Virus record (IMG/VR): IMGVR_UViG_3300029651_000001
Location: 22,512-86,511 of that record
Length of the DNA: 64,000 nucleotides
Origin: a virus
Strand: one strand, 5' to 3'
The position numbers were made by a program, and so were the translations under genes. The notes under the pieces were generated by a model. The model was not told where the DNA came from. It ran no database searches and worked only from the letters and a program-made list of their open reading frames with translations. The number at the start of each line of letters is the position of its first letter. Within the stretch, counting starts at the first letter, position 1. This document shows positions 25,348 to 32,003 of the stretch, in pieces.

Positions 25348-25913
25348 ACCATCACCTGTAAAAACTAAATAAGGCAGGAGTTCTACGCAAAATGGCGTAG
25401 ATTTAGTTTGATATTGTTAGTTTAAGTTTGATTTTGCGTCCGCGCAACAAAATCATTCTGCCATAACCCGTATGTACAAGAGAGTCGGGTATGATTCTGT
25501 CCATGCCAATCTGTGTGTACTTGCAACAGAAACGCTCGTTCAATAACTGAGATCATAGCCGGGTTTATTTGTCAATACATGCGCGCAAAAAGCATGTATA
25601 ACTTATGTACAACGCAGTTGGCCAGAAATTTTAGATTTTTGGGCGGCGATGTACAAAAAGTATAGCTACGGGGTCGTTAGTATTGCTGCCAGCGTTTTGA
25701 CGCGGTGTTGAGGAAAATCAATGGTATACCTGGGAGACTTTGACGCTGTGCAGCGTAAAGCAAGGTTTTAAGTCTTTTTCGATATTAGAAAATGCTAATG
25801 CGCTTCCTAAAACAACTTTCGCTCGCAGCAGCGAACCAGCAGGCGCGATTTACGCCCAATGAATTTTTCGACTTTGCTCCTCAAAATAAAAAAACTAACA
25901 ATACTTCAATAAT
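25348..25913. promoter_or_regulatory. AT-rich non-coding control region (candidate early promoter/operator or origin)
   Basis: No credible ORF. ATGTACAA occurs at 25472, 25605 and 25649. Palindrome ATACATGC-N9-GCATGTAT lies at 25575..25599. AACTAAAT...ATTTAGTT hairpin lies near 25365-25410. AGTTTGAT direct repeats are present. Confidence 0.6.
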
Positions 25914-26180
25914 CTATACATTAGAAGGCATGTTCTTTGCATCCTTATGATTTACGTTTAGAATCAAAGGGTTAGACCACTCTTGCCAAGTCCATACCTC
26001 TCCTTGCTGGACCACCCAACCCATTCCTGACTCGCCTTGTTCCTGGATAAACACGATTGCAAACTTCTCCCCAAGCTTCCTTGCCTGGGACACAGCGACA
26101 TCCCACCCCTCAACCACCCTCCCCAGCAACACCACCTCTTCTTGCAGCTCCACGCCGACCCTTACTTCATACCGACGCAT
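25914..26180 (-). CDS. hypothetical protein
   Basis: Start MRRYEVRVGV after AGAGAGGCAATT. Confidence 0.5.
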   Translation of the reverse strand: MRRYEVRVGVELQEEVVLLGRVVEGWDVAVSQARKLGEKFAIVFIQEQGESGMGWVVQQGEVWTWQEWSNPLILNVNHKDAKNMPSNV

Positions 26181-26347
26181 AATTGCCTCTCTTGCTGCCG
26201 GGCCACCAACTCCGCCTTGACTTCCGACATTTCCGCGGCCAATAAATCCCTCTCCACGCCTGGCGTCATCTTTGACAGCTGCCGTACCAACATCGACAGC
26301 GTCACCGTCAACACCTTCGTATCCTGACAAAGCCCCTCATTACTCAT
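26162..26347 (-). CDS. hypothetical protein
   Basis: 61 aa with an ATGA junction to the upstream gene. Confidence 0.45.
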   Translation of the reverse strand: MSNEGLCQDTKVLTVTLSMLVRQLSKMTPGVERDLLAAEMSEVKAELVARQQERQLCVGMK

Positions 26348-26556
26348 GCGAATAACCTCCCGACAGCGTTGTCTACGTCCTTGCGAGCTGCCAGCTCCCG
26401 CTTCAAGATCCGTATGGCTAGATTACAATCTAGCCTTACATTACCCGGATTCAAACGATCTCTGAGGATCTCCAGTTCGAGCAGACGTGCTCGGATTTGT
26501 TGCTCACTTGCTGTGTCGGCGAAGCGGGTGACATTCTTGATAAATTCTTCAGGCAT
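26344..26556 (-). CDS. hypothetical protein, paralog of 26754..26963
   Basis: Start MPEEFIKNVT after a family-A palindrome and the leader motif. Confidence 0.6.
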   Translation of the reverse strand: MPEEFIKNVTRFADTASEQQIRARLLELEILRDRLNPGNVRLDCNLAIRILKRELAARKDVDNAVGRLFA

Positions 26557-26585
26557 GACACATCTCCAAAGGGTAATGACAACCT

Positions 26586-26606
26586 CAAGGACAGCCGTCC
26601 TTAAGG
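26586..26606. promoter_or_regulatory. family-A palindrome
   Basis: CAAGGAC-AGCC-GTCCTTAAGG. Confidence 0.5.
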
Positions 26607-26608
26607 CA

Positions 26609-26635
26609 TGAAAAAAGCCGGCGATCAGCCGGCTT
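26609..26635 (-). terminator. rho-independent terminator
   Basis: AAGCCGGC-GATCA-GCCGGCTT stem-loop, followed on the minus strand by a T-run. Confidence 0.7.
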
Positions 26636-26753
26636 GCATCCATACAGCGTCAGCGACGCTGTGCAATACACATGTGTATTCGGTTTGCAGTTTTACGTGC
26701 CCCAAACCGGAAAAGACACGCTTAAGGACAACTGTCCCTAAGGTGTTACAGCG

Positions 26754-26963
26754 TCACTGACGCTGTTCATCCTTACGGTCGGCCGCGTAGCGGCTAGCCA
26801 ATTCCTTCTTTAACACTTCGACGGCGTGCTGCGCTGCCGCACGCGTACCGTCGTTCTCGCCGTGCTCGGCGAGAATGGCCAAAGCCACCAATTGAGCGAG
26901 GATGGTTTCCTCGCTTGCCTTGGAGGCAAGGAGGTCCACCCATTGGCAGAAATGTGTGGGCAT
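26754..26963 (-). CDS. hypothetical protein, paralog of 26344..26556
   Basis: Start MPTHFCQWVD. Its stop codon lies inside a family-B palindrome. Confidence 0.6.
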   Translation of the reverse strand: MPTHFCQWVDLLASKASEETILAQLVALAILAEHGENDGTRAAAQHAVEVLKKELASRYAADRKDEQRQ

Positions 26964-27032
26964 TTCAGGTTTCTCCAAGGACAGTATTCTTATGACTGAC
27001 GCTGTCAAGACAGCGTCGATGGGTTCGCATCC

Positions 27033-27052
27033 TTAAGGACGGCTGTCCTTAA
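27033..27052. promoter_or_regulatory. family-A palindrome (perfect 8+4+8)
   Basis: TTAAGGAC-GGCT-GTCCTTAA. Confidence 0.55.
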
Positions 27053-27297
27053 TGAGCGACGGCTCCCCCGCAATAGCCGCAGTCGCCGTGGCGTGTGCGG
27101 TCCCCGCCGTCGGGGCACTCACACCGGCGGGGCATAGGGGCAGGCAGCATCTCCCAAGTCACCCACTCCGCCCCTTGCGGGGCGTTTTCGAGTGTGTAAC
27201 GAGCAGCATCCTTGCCGGTCAGTTCCCCGTCGTGCTGAACGAGGAATGATCCTTGGTCGCAAAAGGCATCCCAGCCCCAGTAGACTCGGTACAACAT
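27049..27297 (-). CDS. hypothetical protein with C-terminal Cys cluster
   Basis: Start MLYRVYWGWD and motif CECPDGG...CGYCGG. Leader variant upstream. Confidence 0.6.
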   Translation of the reverse strand: MLYRVYWGWDAFCDQGSFLVQHDGELTGKDAARYTLENAPQGAEWVTWEMLPAPMPRRCECPDGGDRTRHGDCGYCGGAVAH

Positions 27298-27392
27298 AGG
27301 GATTCTCCAAAGGTAGGACAGCGTCAGCATTCATACGGCTGACGCTGTAGGGCTAAAAGGCCCCGAGTACAGGCGTACTCGGGGAGCGGGAA

Positions 27393-27686
27393 CTAGTCCC
27401 GCATGTCGAAGATGTGTAGGGCTTTCGCCTCGAACTGAGGCGGAGCCCCTTCCGGGGCTCGGTTGGCGTTCTCGAAGACGCCAACCATGAATGAGGAGGA
27501 CAGCCGCATAGCAGCGGCCGGATGGACTACGACGACGCCCTCGAAGGCGCCGCGCTCGTAAACCCACGATGGGCTTACGGTGAATGCGTCGGCGTCGCCG
27601 ACGCCGACCAGCTCGATCCCTTGCTCTGCGGCAAGGGATATCTGTTCGTGGGTGGGAGTGTGACGGCTGATAAATGCAAATCTCAT
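27393..27686 (-). CDS. hypothetical protein
   Basis: Start MRFAFISRHTPT after CGGAGATCC. Confidence 0.65.
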   Translation of the reverse strand: MRFAFISRHTPTHEQISLAAEQGIELVGVGDADAFTVSPSWVYERGAFEGVVVVHPAAAMRLSSSFMVGVFENANRAPEGAPPQFEAKALHIFDMRD

Positions 27687-27924
27687 TGTATGGATCTCCG
27701 ATGAAAGTACAGCGCCCACGTTTACCACATTGCCGCCCTGGGCGCGTAGGGCGGCAAGCTTGCCGACTACCCTACGGGCGGGTAGTCAGCGTCGGTAACT
27801 TCTGTGACGTCTAAGAACTCGACGATCATGGCGGTTCTCCAGGGGTTGAGGGAAACAGCGTCAATGACGCTGTCCCGGTCGAAGAAAGTAGGCACTAATT
27901 CCTTGTGCCGAGTGTGGGGTGTCC

Positions 27925-28245
27925 TTAGAATATACGGGTGACACCTTTGGCTTTGGGCGTCTCGCCCTGCCAAAAGACGACCTTGAGCCGCGGATAGTGC
28001 TGATCGCGGTACTTGATCGCGGTCTGAAACGGCGTGTTTTTATCGAATTCAATCCGAACGTCGCCGAATTCATCCTGAAGCGTTAAGGACCTGTACTTAA
28101 GCCAGCGTGTCTTTGCCGCGAGGTCATCCAATTCCGAGCCAGTGAATCCCTGGCCCAGGATCGGGCGAATCCGGCCGCGGCTGTCCACACGTTCGCCAAA
28201 CGCACGGCGGCGCCCATGGTGGGAATGGGGGGAATCTTCGTGCAT
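27925..28245 (-). CDS. hypothetical protein
   Basis: Start MHEDSPHSHHG after AATGGAGTC. Confidence 0.6.
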   Translation of the reverse strand: MHEDSPHSHHGRRRAFGERVDSRGRIRPILGQGFTGSELDDLAAKTRWLKYRSLTLQDEFGDVRIEFDKNTPFQTAIKYRDQHYPRLKVVFWQGETPKAKGVTRIF

Positions 28246-28264
28246 GGTTGACTCCATTTGAGTG

Positions 28265-28327
28265 CTAAGGACATGTCCCTAGCGGGTTAGGGACATGTCC
28301 TTAACAGCGCCGTCCTTGGCGCTGTCC
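28265..28327. promoter_or_regulatory. cluster of three palindromes
   Basis: CTAAGGACATGTCCCTAG at 28265..28282. TTAGGGACATGTCCTTAA at 28287..28304. ACAGCGCC-GTCCTT-GGCGCTGT at 28305..28326. Confidence 0.55.
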
Positions 28328-28330
28328 AGG

Positions 28331-29035
28331 TTATGCGCGGCGACGTCTCGGCTGAGTTGCCTTTTCCAGTTCAGCCACTAGAGTGGCGTTCATTGCCTTC
28401 AGGTTTTCGATTTCCTGATAAGCTGCAATCAGCTCTTCAACCATTTTGGCTTTGTCGCTATCGAGTGCCGCAACCTGATCACGAAGTTGCCTGTTTTCCT
28501 TAAGCACTTCCTGTATTTTGGCATTGGCGCTGTCGAGCCGTTCCTTCGCTGACTTTTCCCGCTCTTCCGGGTTAGGTTGACTTGCCCCAATGGCGGCCGC
28601 TTCTGCTGTCTGTGCAGGTGTTTCGTTCGCTTCAGGTGCAGGCAACCGCTTTGCACGTCCAGCGACAACACCCGCTTTACCTTCGCCACTGATACCGAAG
28701 GTTTTACCTTCGGGCAGTGACAAGGTGAACTGTCCACGTTTCCACCATTGCAAGACGCGTTCACGGACACGCCTAAGCGCTTCGGGTGAGTTGCGCTCAC
28801 TGTCTACGATCGCCTGCAGCACAGTGATCTTTTCTTCGTCCGTGCTGCGGGCACGGACAGCTGCAAGCGCTTTGCCTTCGTAGCTAGCTGCTTTCTGGTA
28901 CGCAGCAACAGCGAAGTCTTTCGCCTCATCGACTGTCAATGCTTGCAAGTCGTCAAAGCTGGCTTTTTCCAAGTCAACGGCCAGAATGAGTTCGCCAGAA
29001 ACAGCGCCAGTGTTTAAGTCTTTGTTTTCGCTCAT
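28331..29035 (-). CDS. coiled-coil protein, first leftward gene at the divergent switch region
   Basis: 234 aa with C-terminal heptad-like sequence and an RRRRA end. Confidence 0.75.
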   Translation of the reverse strand: MSENKDLNTGAVSGELILAVDLEKASFDDLQALTVDEAKDFAVAAYQKAASYEGKALAAVRARSTDEEKITVLQAIVDSERNSPEALRRVRERVLQWWKRGQFTLSLPEGKTFGISGEGKAGVVAGRAKRLPAPEANETPAQTAEAAAIGASQPNPEEREKSAKERLDSANAKIQEVLKENRQLRDQVAALDSDKAKMVEELIAAYQEIENLKAMNATLVAELEKATQPRRRRA

Positions 29036-29054
29036 CGTTTTATCTCCGAAAGTG

Positions 29055-29112
29055 TTAAGTACATGTCCCTAAGCGGGACTCGTTAAGTACACGTCCTTAA
29101 GGACGCTGTCCT
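29055..29112. promoter_or_regulatory. cluster of three family-A palindromes in the divergent intergenic region
   Basis: TTAAGTACATGTCCCTAAG, TTAAGTACACGTCCTTAA and the overlapping TTAAGGACGCTGTCCT. Confidence 0.55.
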
Positions 29113-29328
29113 CAGTAGGCGCACCCTTCCCGTGCCGGTCAGAACCAGCTCGACGGGGTGCGCCGTACTATTAAAGAGCAACCCGGCCGGGGTGCTATCT
29201 CAGCAAGCCCGCAGGGTGACAATAGTATTGACCCTGGCCATGACTTTTACTAGGGTGAGAATGGGCCTATATATAGCCCCACCCCACAAATTTTTGCCAA
29301 TCCGAAACCTATCCATTACAATTACTAC

Positions 29329-29703
29329 ATGGTCAAAGACACCATCACCAAACAAACCTCCACCGGCCTCGTCTACCAAGCCCGTCTCCGGGATCGGAAG
29401 ACCCGCCGGATCACTTATCTTGGGGTGTGCCACACCCGCGAGGAGCTCGATGCTCTCTACTCCTCCGCCTTATCGGCCCACAAAACAGGGCAACCTTTGC
29501 CGACCAAAACCAACAAGGTCAAAGTCGGTGACGCTGTCCTGACTCGAACCCAGTGGTACCAGGTCCTCAAGGTCTGCCAGCAAGCCGTTTACCAGGCTGC
29601 CGCTCGCCGCAACCTCTCCGTCGAAGAGGAAATATCCCGCCGGGCGAGCCTCCTAGATCCACCCCTTCTTGCCGAAAGAGTGAAAATCGTCTCGAATCCC
29701 TGA
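29329..29703 (+). CDS. AP2/ERF-like DNA-binding protein, first rightward gene
   Basis: Motif GLVYQARLRDRKTRRITYLGVCHTREELDALY resembles the AP2 beta-sheet/helix pattern. Confidence 0.65.
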   Translation: MVKDTITKQTSTGLVYQARLRDRKTRRITYLGVCHTREELDALYSSALSAHKTGQPLPTKTNKVKVGDAVLTRTQWYQVLKVCQQAVYQAAARRNLSVEEEISRRASLLDPPLLAERVKIVSNP

Positions 29704-29816
29704 GTCACCTCACAAATATCCCCACTCCTTGTGAGAACTCCCTCTATCTTCTAAATCTCCACTTCCACTAACCTATTGCCGTCCCTTCCTTCCTGGGGAC
29801 GATGGGTGCTTCCCCT

Positions 29817-29847
29817 GGCCCGCCGAACCTCGGCGGGCCTCTTTTTA
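29817..29847 (+). terminator. rho-independent terminator
   Basis: GGCCCGCCGA-ACC-TCGGCGGGCC followed by TCTTTTTA. Confidence 0.7.
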
Positions 29848-29918
29848 AGTATCCGACGACACGCAGCACCGTGTTTCAGGGAAACCAGGACGTAGCCCAT
29901 GGACGGGCAGGCTCACGG

Positions 29919-30398
29919 ATGAGCCGACACCACCTTTGGAGGCCGCTTCTGTTAAACAACCCCAATGGCGTCAACCTTGACGAGCTGATCGATTTCCTGA
30001 TCACCAGGAAACAATTCCTGCGGCCGGAACAACTTCAGCGTCTTCAGATTGCGTTTCCCGCGCCTAACGACCCTACACCCCCTCCCGTCACTCGCTTTGG
30101 CTCTGAGTTCGATCTCCTCGAGGAGATCCAGACCCAGATTAACGCTGTGCAGATTCTGCGCGACCGGGTGATTCAGGACGGTGAACTGGCGGAAGGAGTT
30201 TCGGTGCGAGATGCCAAGGAGGCGTTGTCTGCGGCAACCTCGCTGATCACCACGTTGAACAAGGTCTACCAGGAGATCGTCAACGCCAACCGGCTGCGGC
30301 AGGTTGAGCTGGCTACGGTGGAAGTCATCAAGGAGTTCCCGGAGGTGCACGCACATTTCTTTCCCTTGTTGAAAGCCAGACTGGAAAGCCTTGAGTAA
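29919..30398 (+). CDS. hypothetical protein (possible small terminase subunit; start uncertain)
   Basis: Helical protein of about 160 aa at the head of the late operon. The track N-terminus overlaps the terminator, so the later ATG was chosen. Confidence 0.45.
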   Translation: MSRHHLWRPLLLNNPNGVNLDELIDFLITRKQFLRPEQLQRLQIAFPAPNDPTPPPVTRFGSEFDLLEEIQTQINAVQILRDRVIQDGELAEGVSVRDAKEALSAATSLITTLNKVYQEIVNANRLRQVELATVEVIKEFPEVHAHFFPLLKARLESLE

Positions 30399-30403
30399 CA
30401 CCT

Positions 30404-30640
30404 ATGAATTTCAACCCAATCCACCTTTACTTCGAGAAACCGGACAACTGGCAGCTTGGTTCCCGGACCGGCTGGATTCACTGGCGGGCCTGCTTGGATG
30501 CCGAACAAGCTGTCAAGGTCGCCCGTGATGTCGTCAAGAGAGACGTATTGAAAGGCACGACCAGGTACAAGCTGGTGGACAAGCGCTCCGGCGAAGAGAT
30601 TGTGCGGAGTGTAGACACGCTGAAGGACATCGCGGTATGA
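30404..30640 (+). CDS. hypothetical protein
   Basis: 78-aa ORF. Confidence 0.6.
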   Translation: MNFNPIHLYFEKPDNWQLGSRTGWIHWRACLDAEQAVKVARDVVKRDVLKGTTRYKLVDKRSGEEIVRSVDTLKDIAV

Positions 30641-30864
30641 ACACATTGACGTCTGTCGGGATGCTTGAAAGACCCGCTTCCCAGTTCGTTCTCACCGGTT
30701 TCTCCAGACCCATCATGGCCGGCAAGCAGCTGGCGTACCACCAAGGTCAGGCTTATGCCCTGCCGAACGACGAGTACTGGATGTTCAAAAACCTGTTCCC
30801 GGACGTCGTTTTCAACCTGACCCACAACAAACTGTCGGCAGCAATAGCCAGGGAGATGCGATGA
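30637..30864 (+). CDS. hypothetical protein
   Basis: 75 aa with ATGA junctions on both sides. Confidence 0.6.
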   Translation: MNTLTSVGMLERPASQFVLTGFSRPIMAGKQLAYHQGQAYALPNDEYWMFKNLFPDVVFNLTHNKLSAAIAREMR

Positions 30865-31406
30865 GCGCCTTCGATCTATTGTCCCCGGAGATTTTGAGCT
30901 CGATCGACAGGTTCGCCGGCCCCGATCTGCCGCTCGACATGGTACGAGCCATGACTGTAGTCGAGTCCGGCGGCAACCCCTTCGCCTGGAGAACCGAGCC
31001 GAAGTATCGTTACTTGTGGAATAACGCTGCAAATACGCCGTTCAGGCCGCTAACGACGGCGGAGATCCTTTCCGAGATCGCACCTACCGACTTTTCCGTG
31101 CCGAAAGAGCTCAATTCTTCCCGGAATACCGAGTGGTGGGGGCAACAAGCATCGTGGGGGCCTCTTCAAATCATGGGCGCCGTCGCCCGTGAGTACGGTT
31201 TCAGGGGGCATTTCCCCCAACTTTGCACGGCCGAGGGCGTGAAATACGCCTGTCTGCACCTGAAGCGGCTGAGAAAGCGATTTTTGGCAGTTTTTGGGTG
31301 GGATGGGGTGATTTCCGCCTACAACCAGGGTTACCCGACGATGGTTGGAGCCAAGTTTAAGAACCAGAAGTACGTCGACAAGGTGTTAAAGCTGTGGCGT
31401 GGATGA
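30861..31406 (+). CDS. endolysin, SLT-type lytic transglycosylase
   Basis: Motifs VVESGGNPFAW, GPLQIMG and SAYNQGY. Confidence 0.85.
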   Translation: MSAFDLLSPEILSSIDRFAGPDLPLDMVRAMTVVESGGNPFAWRTEPKYRYLWNNAANTPFRPLTTAEILSEIAPTDFSVPKELNSSRNTEWWGQQASWGPLQIMGAVAREYGFRGHFPQLCTAEGVKYACLHLKRLRKRFLAVFGWDGVISAYNQGYPTMVGAKFKNQKYVDKVLKLWRG

Positions 31407-31570
31407 AATCTCGACTGAAAGTTAGCAGGGAAACCCAATTTTGGTGCTGGTTCGCCCTTTCTTGCCTGCTCGGGCTGCTCTCCAAGTCGGTCGGCGGACC
31501 CTTGAACGACTCCTTGGCCTGGAGTTTCTCTTTTTCTGCGGCAGTTATCGCGTTTTGGAGGTGCCGGTGA
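31403..31570 (+). CDS. 55-aa membrane protein (holin/spanin candidate)
   Basis: Hand translation gives MKSRLKVSRETQFWCWFALSCLLGLLSK...FSFSAAVIAFWRCR. ATGA junction with the endolysin gene. Confidence 0.5.
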   Translation: MKSRLKVSRETQFWCWFALSCLLGLLSKSVGGPLNDSLAWSFSFSAAVIAFWRCR

Positions 31571-31836
31571 TGTCAAAGGCGTGGTGGGAAGACTTTAGGG
31601 AATGGCTGAAGTGGTGTGTCGCCGGCGAGGAGCTGCGGAAGTTGGAACAGTACCGGACAACTGTCTGCACGTACCGGATGTGGTTGGCTGAGTTCAAGGA
31701 CATTTCTACGGTTTTGGACAATTTGAATGCTGAGGTCGAAGGTGGTGGATACCTAAACGCAAGCTCACCGCCTGGAGAGCAAGGTCCGTGGGAAATAGCT
31801 AGCCTCAGGGAAGTTGTGAGGTCAATCAGATGTTGA
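31570..31836 (+). CDS. hypothetical protein (lysis-cassette position)
   Basis: Start MSKAWWEDFREW in a TGATG junction. Confidence 0.55.
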   Translation: MSKAWWEDFREWLKWCVAGEELRKLEQYRTTVCTYRMWLAEFKDISTVLDNLNAEVEGGGYLNASSPPGEQGPWEIASLREVVRSIRC

Positions 31837-32003
31837 AGTGGCTCAGGGAGGCTTTTTGTTGGCACGAGCTGCGCTTTGTAAACCGACTGCGGCTGGTCAG
31901 GAAAAACAATTGGCTGGAGAGCGTCCCGGTTACCGAGCTGTGCTGTTGGAAGTGCGGCGCGGATGAGCAGAGGCTGCTCTCGTTATGGGGATTTTGGGCC
32001 TGA
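31830..32003 (+). CDS. 57-aa Cys-containing protein
   Basis: Hand translation gives MLKWLREAFCWHELRF...CCWKCGADEQRLLSLWGFWA. TGATG junction with the terminase gene. Confidence 0.45.
   Translation: MLKWLREAFCWHELRFVNRLRLVRKNNWLESVPVTELCCWKCGADEQRLLSLWGFWA

Noticed and set aside
29229-29262. Sigma-70-like promoter (TTGACC-17 nt-TAGGGT) for the rightward AP2 gene
   Set aside because: The -10 match is weak and several alternatives exist in the same gap. It is not reliable without transcription start data, so it is not listed as a feature.
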